A DNA stretch of 64,000 nucleotides from Candidatus Kaiserbacteria bacterium (GTDB lineage: Bacteria > Patescibacteriota > Minisyncoccia > Phycocordibacterales > UBA2100): the NCBI GenBank assembly GCA_027083345.1, contig JALWOZ010000008.1, forward strand, positions 5,006 through 69,005. Reading direction: 5' to 3'. Position numbers and translations under genes: made by a program. This document shows positions 28,858 through 38,625 of the stretch, in pieces. A model generated the notes under the pieces. It was not told the DNA's origin and made no database searches. It worked only from the letters and a program-made list of their open reading frames with translations. The number at the start of each line of letters is the position of its first letter. Position 1 is the first letter of the stretch.

Positions 28858-29733
28858 TTATTCTTTTGTACTAACCTCAATGACTTCATCTGGCTTTGTA
28901 ACCCCCTTATATACATCAATCAAAAACTTTTTTACACTTGAAAAAATATCTGGACTTATTTCTTCATCGCTTGTATGGTTATCCTTTATATTTTGCATTG
29001 GAGAAGAGTATAGATTGCTGACCGACTTTAAGATAAATGCCAACTTTTCTTTCTGTGTTTCAAGTTTTTGTTTTGAATAAGCATCGTCCAAAATCTCTTT
29101 ATATGCTTCAAAAGAGCGAGCAATCGCTGACTTAAATGTATATTCTTCTATAAGGTTACGAGTACGAGCATACTCACGGTTAAAAAACACAACAGCATAT
29201 ATAAGTGGAGAGGTGATGGCTATTTTTGTTAGAAAACTTAAATCATATATAGTTTGCGTCTCATAAACTTGCCACAGAACTATTACAGTGGTTACAAAAA
29301 CGAGAAATCCAGTTGCCTTTGTTAACTTTTTAAGCCATTCATCACGCTCTTTTGTTAGATTTTCCTGCACCACAGAAAATGTATGTGCAAGTTTTTCGTT
29401 TGACGCTTTTCCAAGTTGTGAGAGTGTCTCTTGTCGTAACTCATCGGTTTTTATTTGTAGTTCTTTTGTCTTATCTACAAGAGTTGCTGTACTTTTCTCT
29501 CTTTTGTCTAACTCTGCTTTAAGTGCTACAACTTGTTGTGTTAGGTCAGTTAACTTTTCTTCATCATCTGGGAGTTTAGTAAGAACAACGTCAAGTTTTT
29601 CCTTTTGCTCCGTTAAATCTTCTGCAAGTAGTTGTAACTTATTGCCCTCATCAACAAGTACAGACAAATCACCTAACTCTCCCAAGCGTAGTTCTATCTT
29701 TCTCAACATTTCTTCCAACTCCTTTTTGGTCAT
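28858..29733 (-). CDS. Coiled-coil protein with two TM helices
   Basis: Long heptad N-terminus, two TMs, EEYTFKSAIARSFEAY. Start moved to ATG 29733 after TGGTACAAT. Confidence 0.75.
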   Translation of the reverse strand: MTKKELEEMLRKIELRLGELGDLSVLVDEGNKLQLLAEDLTEQKEKLDVVLTKLPDDEEKLTDLTQQVVALKAELDKREKSTATLVDKTKELQIKTDELRQETLSQLGKASNEKLAHTFSVVQENLTKERDEWLKKLTKATGFLVFVTTVIVLWQVYETQTIYDLSFLTKIAITSPLIYAVVFFNREYARTRNLIEEYTFKSAIARSFEAYKEILDDAYSKQKLETQKEKLAFILKSVSNLYSSPMQNIKDNHTSDEEISPDIFSSVKKFLIDVYKGVTKPDEVIEVSTKE

Positions 29734-29821
29734 AATATGTCTATTGTACCACAAAATGGCTATGTTTACAGTTTATTATCCAACAAGGAAACAGACGCTG
29801 ACTACTTATTTTATAGTTGAC

Positions 29822-30241
29822 TTACTTTAACAAAGTAGATTGCGTAATATCTTTAAGTTGTTGCTCATTCTTGCGTAAATCTATCTCAATAAGTTTATGC
29901 TCTGCATTATGAGTGTATAAAACCTCTTTTTCTTGAAGTGTTGCGTCATCATCTAGCCACAGGAAATCTCGTCCAAAATCTATACCTTCAGTTTTATGTT
30001 CACTCCATACAGTATGCTTATATCCGACAGTAAGTGCGTACACATCTTCTGGCAAGAAACGTTGTAGGTACTTCTGTAAGTGTGTTAAGTCGCCATCGTG
30101 GCAGTGAGTAGTGAGCCAATACACATCATAATCACTTGCATTAAGTGCTTGTAGAAACTCTTTGAGGTATGGTGCAGGAGTGCCAAGGTCGTGCAGACCG
30201 TCAAAGATGAGTGTTCCGTCAATATCAAGATAAATGTTCAT
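29822..30241 (-). CDS. Minimal HAD-superfamily phosphatase
   Basis: IYLDIDGTL (motif I), WLTTH, K, WLDDD (motif IV). Confidence 0.82.
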   Translation of the reverse strand: MNIYLDIDGTLIFDGLHDLGTPAPYLKEFLQALNASDYDVYWLTTHCHDGDLTHLQKYLQRFLPEDVYALTVGYKHTVWSEHKTEGIDFGRDFLWLDDDATLQEKEVLYTHNAEHKLIEIDLRKNEQQLKDITQSTLLK

Positions 30242-30250
30242 ATTAGAGGC

Positions 30251-31783
30251 TTATTGGCATTCTGGACTTACTAAACCGCCTATATATACACCTGTTGTAG
30301 AAACACTCCTTGCTTTTTGCAGTGCACATTTCTGCTGAACGGTCTGGGTGTATGGTTCACAACGAGTATTGTAAGCCCTATTTTTCTTAAATATACTGTC
30401 ATTAGTTGTTGTATAGCACTTCACGGATTGTGTGCTTGGTATTGGCTGTGTAAAACTTTGTTCGGCTTGCCTTGTAATCATATTAAGACTTGCTTGCGTT
30501 GATTGAACTATACCTGAAAGGCGTGATATTCGCTCCAAATCGTCTAAAATATCCTCCTCTGCTCGTTTAGTGTGTGTTCCTATTGTCTCAAATACAAGGT
30601 TATCAACCTCAACTAACCTATCTGTGATTTTTGTAAAATCTTCTGTATATGAACCATTGTCGCCAAGTGTCATAGCCAACCTCATTCCACAGGTTAAATA
30701 CATTTTATTTTCTACCCATTCAGACGTATTCAACCCTATACACTCACGAAGTCTGTCTTGGTCTTCTGTGATAACTGAAACTACATCTTTTTTCTTTAAG
30801 GCATCTATAAAATACAAATCTACTGTCTCGTATAGGGAGTTTATATGACCAGTAAGATAATCACTGTCTGCAACAATACTATCTCTTCGTAGTTCAAGTA
30901 TATCCTTGTAACGACTTGGTACAGATAGAGAACTCTCAATGGCAACATTAGCCCACTGGTTCAACAAGTCTCTTGCGTGTGCAATATGTTTACCCCTATG
31001 TTCTTCTACCGTCTCTTTGAGAAGTAAGTAGTTCTTCTTATCTTCTTCAAGTAGCCCTACTAAAATCTCGGCTTTATCTATAAACTCTTGATGTTCAGTC
31101 TCGTAATCTCTCTCGGTATTTTTTTGATTTGTAACTGGTCTTATTTTATCAGAAAATGAGAACTTATTTGTTTTATTATTATCTTTTTTTACTGGTTCTA
31201 GTATGCGAAAATCTGAAGATGGTTTCTTTGGCTGATTTTGATTTGATACAGTCGGTTTAGTTTTGTTTTTGGGCGTTTGTACAGCGATTTTAATATCTGT
31301 CTCTATGTTTTGCATAAGAGAGCCATTTTTATCAACAGTGTAAAGTCGGTTGATTAAATCCATAGCCGTTTTATCTACTGTTCCAAAGTTATTTGGAGTT
31401 TGAAAATATCCATATTTACCAACTAATCTTGATACAGCCCAGTGTGTTGCCGACCCATAATAGCAAGTAACTGGTTTGTCAAAAACACCCTCTTTTTTCA
31501 GTATCTCTTGTAATGTGCACACATCATTACCTTTTGCACCCTGCTCCATAAAATGCACTACTGGACGTCTCTCAAAGTTCGTACTGTTAATCAACACGTC
31601 CTCTTCTGTACTGGTCGCAGTAGTTTCTACCAACTTGGTAGGTTGTATATTATTTCTGTCTTCTGTCTGTTTTGTAACATAATATCCACCAGTGCTAACA
31701 ACTGTAAGTACTAATACGGCGATAGCCAGTATTGGTATTTGTATAAAACCTTTTTTATTGTTTTGATTAAAACTCATAGTCAT
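30251..31783 (-). CDS. Membrane-anchored protein with prepilin-like N-terminus and peptidoglycan-binding domain
   Basis: KKGFIQIPILAIAVLVL; GAKGNDVCTLQEIL..YYGSATHWAV is PG_binding_1-like. Confidence 0.7.
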   Translation of the reverse strand: MTMSFNQNNKKGFIQIPILAIAVLVLTVVSTGGYYVTKQTEDRNNIQPTKLVETTATSTEEDVLINSTNFERRPVVHFMEQGAKGNDVCTLQEILKKEGVFDKPVTCYYGSATHWAVSRLVGKYGYFQTPNNFGTVDKTAMDLINRLYTVDKNGSLMQNIETDIKIAVQTPKNKTKPTVSNQNQPKKPSSDFRILEPVKKDNNKTNKFSFSDKIRPVTNQKNTERDYETEHQEFIDKAEILVGLLEEDKKNYLLLKETVEEHRGKHIAHARDLLNQWANVAIESSLSVPSRYKDILELRRDSIVADSDYLTGHINSLYETVDLYFIDALKKKDVVSVITEDQDRLRECIGLNTSEWVENKMYLTCGMRLAMTLGDNGSYTEDFTKITDRLVEVDNLVFETIGTHTKRAEEDILDDLERISRLSGIVQSTQASLNMITRQAEQSFTQPIPSTQSVKCYTTTNDSIFKKNRAYNTRCEPYTQTVQQKCALQKARSVSTTGVYIGGLVSPECQ

Positions 31784-31804
31784 TTAACTATGGCGTAGAC
31801 ATAC

Positions 31805-31950
31805 AAAAAGCCCATCGCCAGAGGTGGACAGAAGCCCACTATGCAGGTTTCCCCACATAACCAGAAGAGCAGTCCCTGAACGACGGGTTCTTTACACTCT
31901 TCTGGTTTTTGCACCATACCTCTCAAATGAGAGGGTTAGGTACTCCATCT
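31805..31950 (-). ncRNA. Highly structured leader RNA with probable pseudoknot
   Basis: Four hairpins including aaccagaagag/ctcttctggtt and a GAAA tetraloop; loop cccgtcgttcaggg is complementary to downstream ctctggcgatggg. Confidence 0.55.
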
Positions 31951-32028
31951 TGTTAGATGTTACCATTATTCTAACATAAGATTGCGATTTAACCTCACTC
32001 TGCGAGGGTTATGTTATAATGGTTTATT

Positions 32029-33285
32029 ATGAGTACATCTGGATTTGTTAAAGATAGAGAAATACTTGAAGAAACTCACAAGGTTGAGGATTTGTTGCAC
32101 TTCACTGACGAGATAATGCGACTTAAAGAGACAATAGACCGTATTCCATATTCAGCACTTATTGGATACATTGGCAAGTTTGGAACAGGTAAAAGTACGG
32201 CTATATATCAGTTAAGAAAAGCATACGAAGATGTTAGATGGTTTGAGTTTGATGCGTGGAAATATCCAGACAGAAAGGATTTATGGGAGGGTTTTGTACT
32301 AGATATTGCAGACCAACTTGGCGATAAGAAAAAGACCACAGGAAAGATAGATGGAAAAACTAGCACTAGTAAAACAGTCCGTGCAATAGCACAGATAGCA
32401 CAGTTTGCAGGAGTGGCGACAGGTCTTTCTTTTATAGCGGAGAAGTTTAGTTATTTGTTTGAGGGACAGCGAATAGAGCGAGTTTTTGAAATACAGGGAC
32501 TATTAAATGATATGTTATCTACCGTTACAGAAGATGAGATTTTTATTGTTGTTGAAGACATAGACCGTTCAGGTGATGCAGGTAAATACTTTTTGGAGAC
32601 ACTAAAACAGTTTGTTAAAAATAATACTTCTAAAAAGAGAATAGTTGTTATTGTGCCAATAGGAGAAGAAGTCTACGAGCAAGACATAGATTTACAAGCA
32701 TCTTACTATAAGTCATTAGACCATATACTGTATTTTGAACCTAAGAACACTGACTATTCTGGGTTTATAGATATGGTTTTTGATGAAAGTGTATTTCCAA
32801 AAGATTTTCAAAGCCAACCAAATGTTGCTGTTGAAGCAATATGGAAAGTACACCTTGAGGAATGGTTTCAACTTGCATCTGGCTCTTTAACAATACGTGA
32901 GATAAAGGCGACTATAAGAGAAGCAAATATCCATTACCGTAGATTGTACGCAGACGGTTATGAGCCTGACCCACGTATTATGTTAGCACTTACACTTTTG
33001 ACCAAGATTAAAACAGATGGAGGGAAACGTTGGATTTCAAAAATAAATACAAACAATCCTATACAAGGAAGTTGTCCTATTTATCCTTATTTACAGTCAG
33101 TTGCCAAAAATATGACACTAAACCAAACTTCTCAAAAGGGGTACGTACTTATGGATACTAAGTTTATTCAAGATAAGAGGTATACAATACCAGTTATAAA
33201 TAATGCCATTGGTATTTCAGAAAAAGATGTATCTTATATATTGTCAGATTTTTATCTAATACCATTTGGTATTATTCAAAGGTAA
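32029..33285 (+). CDS. KAP-family P-loop NTPase
   Basis: GKFGTGKST (Walker A), FDAWKY, IVVEDIDRS (Walker B). Confidence 0.87.
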   Translation: MSTSGFVKDREILEETHKVEDLLHFTDEIMRLKETIDRIPYSALIGYIGKFGTGKSTAIYQLRKAYEDVRWFEFDAWKYPDRKDLWEGFVLDIADQLGDKKKTTGKIDGKTSTSKTVRAIAQIAQFAGVATGLSFIAEKFSYLFEGQRIERVFEIQGLLNDMLSTVTEDEIFIVVEDIDRSGDAGKYFLETLKQFVKNNTSKKRIVVIVPIGEEVYEQDIDLQASYYKSLDHILYFEPKNTDYSGFIDMVFDESVFPKDFQSQPNVAVEAIWKVHLEEWFQLASGSLTIREIKATIREANIHYRRLYADGYEPDPRIMLALTLLTKIKTDGGKRWISKINTNNPIQGSCPIYPYLQSVAKNMTLNQTSQKGYVLMDTKFIQDKRYTIPVINNAIGISEKDVSYILSDFYLIPFGIIQR

Positions 33286-33311
33286 GCCACCAAAACATAC
33301 TCACTACTATT

Positions 33312-33346
33312 GTTCTACTCCCTGTTAGGTAAATACATCAAGAGAT
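33312..33346 (+). other. Probable right attachment site (attR)
   Basis: gttctactccctgttaggtaaatacatcaagagat aligns with 26049-26080 gttcgactccccgtaggatcacatcaagggat. Confidence 0.7.
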
Positions 33347-33474
33347 GATATGTAGTATTCTTCATATTTTAAGCCATTATACTGTAACTGGTATTGGTAT
33401 CTTGTATGTGTTGAAAACATAATCCCACCGTAGTACCATACTTTCTATGGTGTTCCATTGTAGGGACTGTATGT

Positions 33475-34185
33475 TCACAAATTGAAGTAATTCCACAAGA
33501 TGGCGTCTAGGTGGAGTGGTGGAATTTGTAACTCTTTTGCTATTTTGTTATAGAACTCTCTAACTTCTGTGATATTTTTTAAGCCTTTTGGCGCTAATTT
33601 AATAAGTCTGGAGTCAATGGGTGCTGATAACTCAAACGGATATTGTATAAATTTGCCATAAACTACTCTACCGGCATAGCCAAACATCTTGATGGCGAAG
33701 AGTATCGTCTTGTCTGTCACTCTCTGCCTCATTACGCTTGCCAAGCTCTCGGCTAGGCTGAGCATATCATTATAATACTCCCTCGCTTGCCCTCGCTCTA
33801 TGAACTCTGCATAAAACTCGCGGAGCTTCTCTACTCTCTTGAGTTTAACCTCTACTAGCCTCTTATTGCACACTGAGTTGGGTAAAAAAGCACTAAAGAA
33901 GGCAACAACATCGCCAAAAGAAGCTACAGTAGGCAACTCCTCAGCAACACACTCTGCAAACTCTTCCCAATAGTCCTCACCCTTGCCAGAGAGCTGATAG
34001 CACACTAGAGCATTAGTAATAACTAAAAACAAATAACTCTCCACCGCCAACCTGCCACTCACACCCAACCAAAGACTCCTTAACGCCAAAAACTGTCTAT
34101 CATTGCTCTCTGTTTTTAACACTTGTGTAAATGTAATGTCGTGCAAATTATATTGCTTAATAAATTCTCCATAATCCATAAACAT
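33475..34185 (-). CDS. Archaeal-type 8-oxoguanine N-glycosylase/DNA lyase (AGOG family)
   Basis: NALVCYQLSGKGEDYWEEF, KTILFAIKMFGY, PIDSR, IPPLHLDAILW. Confidence 0.85.
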   Translation of the reverse strand: MFMDYGEFIKQYNLHDITFTQVLKTESNDRQFLALRSLWLGVSGRLAVESYLFLVITNALVCYQLSGKGEDYWEEFAECVAEELPTVASFGDVVAFFSAFLPNSVCNKRLVEVKLKRVEKLREFYAEFIERGQAREYYNDMLSLAESLASVMRQRVTDKTILFAIKMFGYAGRVVYGKFIQYPFELSAPIDSRLIKLAPKGLKNITEVREFYNKIAKELQIPPLHLDAILWNYFNL

Positions 34186-34215
34186 CTTATATCACCAACA
34201 TGCTTATAGAGACAA

Positions 34216-35565
34216 TTAATTTAATGTCTGTATATCTTTTGCATACTGATCTCTATAACGCATTGTCTTGTCTCCATACCACCAATATTCGCTCTTCTCT
34301 GCATTGCGCCAGCCAGCCAAATATCTCACAGCAGCCTTGTGCTCTGCTTTGCGTGTACCTTTGTCTGCACCATTATCCATCATCAAAAGAGCTGTAGCAA
34401 ACACAGCCGTACGAGGATCCCAAGGATTTGGCGGATTCTGCCCACTTATACGAGCCACTCTATCTTTATACAAAACCCAAGTAGAGGGTATAAACTGAGC
34501 CGGCCCCATAGCACCACCATAACCATAACCACATTTATTACCCGGCCCAACTGCCTTACGTCTGGCAGCAGAACATGGTCTGGCAGAGACAGGCATCTTG
34601 TCTGGATCAAGACCCAACTCGGCTACTATTTGTTTAAATATTGGTACATCTCTGGTTGGGTGCATGTCCTCATCCCACTTGCCCACCCCCAAAGTCTTGC
34701 CCAAATTAGTCTCTACTGTAAGTATAGCCAATATAAGAGCGGGATTTACCCCTGTAGCTTTACCTGCTTCTTTAGCATAACCGAGCATAGTCCCAAATGA
34801 CACATCTGCCCCATTGGAGTCTCTAAGTGCAAACAACCTCGCACGTATCTCTGCTACGGTCTTCTCTTTACTCTTTATAGTATTTTGATACTCTTCCTCT
34901 TTATTTTTAACTTTACTAATTAATTCTTCCTTCCTCTTTTTATCGGCTATCACATCTTGCCGTTGCCTCTCTTGCAAAATCTTTAACTCTTCTTGATCTC
35001 TACGAGCTGTGGCGAGCTTCTCTTGCTCACTACGGAGACCTTGTTGAGTTTGAGATATCTCTTTAAAAGATTTATTTAAAGCTTCTTTTAAAGTACTAAA
35101 TCTATCTATATCCGTAAAAGCCTCTGAGAATGAGCTACCTCCCAATACGATCTCTACCATAGAGACTTCGTCATTCTCATTAGTCTTACGCAAAAGTTGA
35201 GATAAACTAGACTTCTCTCGCATTACCTTTTTGTCTAAGTCTATTATGGTAAGCTCTTTATCTTTTATCTTATAATTGAGACTTTTAATAGCTAGGGAGC
35301 GCTTACGGATATATAAATTAGCTTTCTCTATACTCCTTTTCAACTCGGCTGCTTCTCCTTCATAACCTTTTCTCTCATTCTTTTTGTTCATCAATTTTAT
35401 CCTATCTGCTTGTATCTCTAGCTCCTTTTGGACTATCTCATTTTTCAGTCTTGCACGCTCCGCCTCTATTTGTTGTTTAGTTAACTCTTTAGCATATAAC
35501 ACAACCGGTAAGAGACTCACTCCTACTAAGATAATAAATATATAAGTTTGTAACTTATGCCCCAT
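34216..35565 (-). CDS. Coiled-coil lytic murein transglycosylase
   Basis: Signal peptide, long coiled coil, ILAILTVET, GYGGAMGPAQFIPSTW, NPWDP. Confidence 0.88.
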   Translation of the reverse strand: MGHKLQTYIFIILVGVSLLPVVLYAKELTKQQIEAERARLKNEIVQKELEIQADRIKLMNKKNERKGYEGEAAELKRSIEKANLYIRKRSLAIKSLNYKIKDKELTIIDLDKKVMREKSSLSQLLRKTNENDEVSMVEIVLGGSSFSEAFTDIDRFSTLKEALNKSFKEISQTQQGLRSEQEKLATARRDQEELKILQERQRQDVIADKKRKEELISKVKNKEEEYQNTIKSKEKTVAEIRARLFALRDSNGADVSFGTMLGYAKEAGKATGVNPALILAILTVETNLGKTLGVGKWDEDMHPTRDVPIFKQIVAELGLDPDKMPVSARPCSAARRKAVGPGNKCGYGYGGAMGPAQFIPSTWVLYKDRVARISGQNPPNPWDPRTAVFATALLMMDNGADKGTRKAEHKAAVRYLAGWRNAEKSEYWWYGDKTMRYRDQYAKDIQTLN

Positions 35566-35616
35566 AAAATTATATTTGACACTTTATTATATCATATATA
35601 GTGTATAATATTATTC

Positions 35617-36795
35617 ATGTTAATAGCACACTCAATATTACCAAGAGGAGCAAGAGGGGCTTTATATATACTAAATCTAATACTCAGTGTACACATAGCA
35701 TTAATTGTATATTTTAATTCTAATTTATTAGACAGCAGAGGAGTACCTAAAGACCTTCTTGGCATCTTGTTTATGTTTGGGTCTATGCTGAGTCTCCTGT
35801 TCTACTATCTCTCCACCCTAGTGTTACGCTATATAGGTGTATATAAAATGATAATATATTTAACTGTATTAGAATTCTTATTGTTTTTAGGAGTTGGATT
35901 TATCACGTATTCTCCAGTGTTTATATTGTTATTTGTAATGTCATTAGCACTCACAGTGCCTATCTTTTATAGTTTAGACATATTACTTGAAGCAAATACC
36001 AAAAATGAAAATAATACGGGAGATGGTCGCGGAGCTTTCTTAACTATGGGTAACATAGCTTATGTGGTGGCACCCTTCTCTGCTGGACTTATATTAAATG
36101 CCTATAACTTCTCTATCTTATACACCGTTGCGGCTTTTATTTTAATACCATTTTTATTCTTAATAAATAAATATTTCAAGAAGTTTAAAGATCCAGTATA
36201 TAAACAACTCAACTTTTTACCAACGATTAGGTCTCTACGTCAAGACTCAAACCTACGCAATATTTTCATAATACAATTTTTAATAAGAGTATTCTTCTCT
36301 TGGATGGTTATATATGTGCCGTTATACTTACATGACAACATAGGATTCTCCCTCTCAGCTATAGGTATAATCTTTTCTGTCATGATATTACCTTATATAT
36401 TACTAGAGTGGCCTCTTGGGCACTATGCAGACAAACGATATGGAGAGAAAGAATTTCTCATATCTGGTTTTTTAATTATTGCCTTTTCTACCTTTTATTT
36501 GTCTTTTATAACTACTGCCGATTTTGCTCTCTGGATGCTAATGCTATTTATAACCAGAATAGGCGCAGCAATTATAGAAGTGATGAACGAGACATACTTT
36601 TTTAAACATGTTAATAGCAGTAACTCAGATACTATAAGCGCCTTCCGTATGCTCTCACCAATAGCTTACATAGCTGGACCAGCAATAGGCTCATTGTTAA
36701 TACTAATAATACCAATACAATACATGTTAGGAGTATTAGGTATAATTATGCTGTCTGGAGTTATACCCACATCTAAGCTAGAAGATACCGTATAG
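35617..36795 (+). CDS. MFS transporter
   Basis: About 12 TM helices; GHYADKRYGEK motif-A-like loop. Confidence 0.88.
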   Translation: MLIAHSILPRGARGALYILNLILSVHIALIVYFNSNLLDSRGVPKDLLGILFMFGSMLSLLFYYLSTLVLRYIGVYKMIIYLTVLEFLLFLGVGFITYSPVFILLFVMSLALTVPIFYSLDILLEANTKNENNTGDGRGAFLTMGNIAYVVAPFSAGLILNAYNFSILYTVAAFILIPFLFLINKYFKKFKDPVYKQLNFLPTIRSLRQDSNLRNIFIIQFLIRVFFSWMVIYVPLYLHDNIGFSLSAIGIIFSVMILPYILLEWPLGHYADKRYGEKEFLISGFLIIAFSTFYLSFITTADFALWMLMLFITRIGAAIIEVMNETYFFKHVNSSNSDTISAFRMLSPIAYIAGPAIGSLLILIIPIQYMLGVLGIIMLSGVIPTSKLEDTV

Positions 36796-36808
36796 CGGGA
36801 AGTAGACT

Positions 36809-37456
36809 CTACTCTTGAGTAGATTCCGTAGCCTCATCAGACTTATCTTCACTACTCTCATCTGCCTCCTCACTCTCCGGCATAGCGTCTCCTACAGGAG
36901 CTGACAAATCCTCCTCTGTGGCCTCTGTAACTGAGGCTACTGCATCTGTTGCATCTAATGTAGTAGTGGCACTCTCGGGCAATTTTAGATCAGCTATTGT
37001 TATTGTGCTAGACAAATCAACCAACTTTGTTAAATCTACCTCTATGTATTGCGGTAACTCGCTAGGACGCACCTCCATCTCTATCTCGTGCATCGCTTTG
37101 TTTACGTTGCCACCCAACTTCTCTGCGGGAGCCTCACCCACAAACTCAAGAGGTACGCTTACAGTCAATTTTTTACCTCTCTCAAAGACATAAAAGTCTA
37201 CATGCACGGCATCATCGGTAAGAGGGTGCCATTGTACAGTCTTAATTAGAGCCTCTTTGTCGTCTCCAACTCCTTTAAGAATAACTATGGTACTCTCTCC
37301 AGCCTCTTTCCAAATTCTATAAAACTCACTAGCGTTTAATGTAATAGGAGTAGACTCCTCTTGAGGACCATAAAACACAGCACTAATATACCCACTCTGC
37401 AGTTTAGATTTAGTCTCTCTTTCTTTTATGTTTACTGTTATTGTATTACTTGTCAT
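36809..37456 (-). CDS. rplY: 50S ribosomal protein L25 (CTC-type)
   Basis: AVFYGP, VQWHP..HVDFY, VPLEFVGEAPA..GG. Start moved to ATG 37456. Confidence 0.93.
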   Translation of the reverse strand: MTSNTITVNIKERETKSKLQSGYISAVFYGPQEESTPITLNASEFYRIWKEAGESTIVILKGVGDDKEALIKTVQWHPLTDDAVHVDFYVFERGKKLTVSVPLEFVGEAPAEKLGGNVNKAMHEIEMEVRPSELPQYIEVDLTKLVDLSSTITIADLKLPESATTTLDATDAVASVTEATEEDLSAPVGDAMPESEEADESSEDKSDEATESTQE

Positions 37457-37547
37457 TGCGCCGTAGTATATACAATAGTTGCACAATTGCAACTATTGTA
37501 ATGACACTGTATAATACCAAGTAATTAATAAATATAATTAAACTTTT

Positions 37548-37769
37548 ATGCTAGAGCGATTACTTAATCAATTTGGGCGCCCAAAACAATCTCCAGAAGA
37601 GTTAAGCTCAAAAATTAAAGAGCTAACAGATGACTCTAACGGGATATTAAATGACATAGACTCAGGTTTATCTAATTTGACAAATAAAGAGTTGGGAGAT
37701 CTAGCTACCGAACCAGAGATAGCAGACGTAATGGAAGCTGTAGGTAAAATAGCTAACAACCAAATATAA
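37548..37769 (+). CDS. Small hypothetical helical protein
   Basis: ATG-initiated 73-aa ORF with upstream TATAAT. Confidence 0.5.
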   Translation: MLERLLNQFGRPKQSPEELSSKIKELTDDSNGILNDIDSGLSNLTNKELGDLATEPEIADVMEAVGKIANNQI

Positions 37770-37786
37770 GTAATTGGATTACGATT

Positions 37787-38011
37787 ATGAACTCAGATAT
37801 AGATACAAAAACTATAGCGAAAATAGTGGCACGAATACGAGTTGCTAGCGGCACCCCTGTAGATGAAGAGCAACTCTCAACTATACTAAGTAACTCTTTA
37901 CAACAACTAAAAGAGCAAGATGCAGAGAAATACCTTGATGTAATCAAAGACTTATCAAACAAGCTAGAGGCTATGGCTACCGAGATAGGCAAACTACAGA
38001 TGCAAAAATAA
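37787..38011 (+). CDS. Small hypothetical helical protein
   Basis: 74-aa ORF filling the gap before infC. Confidence 0.5.
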   Translation: MNSDIDTKTIAKIVARIRVASGTPVDEEQLSTILSNSLQQLKEQDAEKYLDVIKDLSNKLEAMATEIGKLQMQK

Positions 38012-38037
38012 GCATATTGTGCTAAACTATTCGCACA

Positions 38038-38619
38038 ATGCCAAGAGACAACGACAGAGTTAGAATAAATGAAGAGATACGCGTGCCTGAGGTGCGTGTA
38101 GTTGGTAGTGAGGGTGAAAATCTAGATATAATGCCTACCAGCGAAGCTGTAGCAAAAGCCAGAGCTCTAGGCTTAGACCTTATAGAAATCTCTCCTAAAG
38201 CCAACCCTCCCGTAGCAAAGATAACGGATTATGGCAAATATCAATACGAAGCAAAGAAGAAGGCAAAGGAGATAAAGTCAAAACAAACCAAAACAGAAAC
38301 AAAAGTAGCGCAAGTTAAGATAGGCACAGGAGAAAACGACCTAAAACGCAAAGCAGACAAAGTGGCTCAATGGCTCTCTAATGGGCACAGGGCTAAAGTT
38401 GATCTCTTCCTCTGGGGGCGCTATAAGTACATGGATTTTAAGTTTTTAAAAGAGAAGCTTGAAAGATTCCTTGCAATTATCCCAGAATCGTTTAAGATAG
38501 CCGACGAAATCAAAAAAAGCCCTAAAGGTCTGACTGTAGTAATAGAGTTAGACAAAACAGGCAAAGGAACGACATTTGATTTCTCCCTCGACGACACTCG
38601 AGAAAAGCAAAGAAAATAA
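38038..38619 (+). CDS. infC: Translation initiation factor IF-3
   Basis: RINEEIRVPEVRVV, LDLIEISP..PPVAKITDYGKY. Confidence 0.96.
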   Translation: MPRDNDRVRINEEIRVPEVRVVGSEGENLDIMPTSEAVAKARALGLDLIEISPKANPPVAKITDYGKYQYEAKKKAKEIKSKQTKTETKVAQVKIGTGENDLKRKADKVAQWLSNGHRAKVDLFLWGRYKYMDFKFLKEKLERFLAIIPESFKIADEIKKSPKGLTVVIELDKTGKGTTFDFSLDDTREKQRK

Positions 38620-38625
38620 ATTAAA

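Larger units (their letters stand above)
26069..33342. mobile_element. About 7.3-kb integrative element at the tRNA-Glu 3' end
   Basis: Large serine recombinase at the left end. Shared core acatcaag at 26069-26076 and 33335-33342, each preceded by gttc(g/t)actccc..agg. Accessory cargo lies between. Confidence 0.78.
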
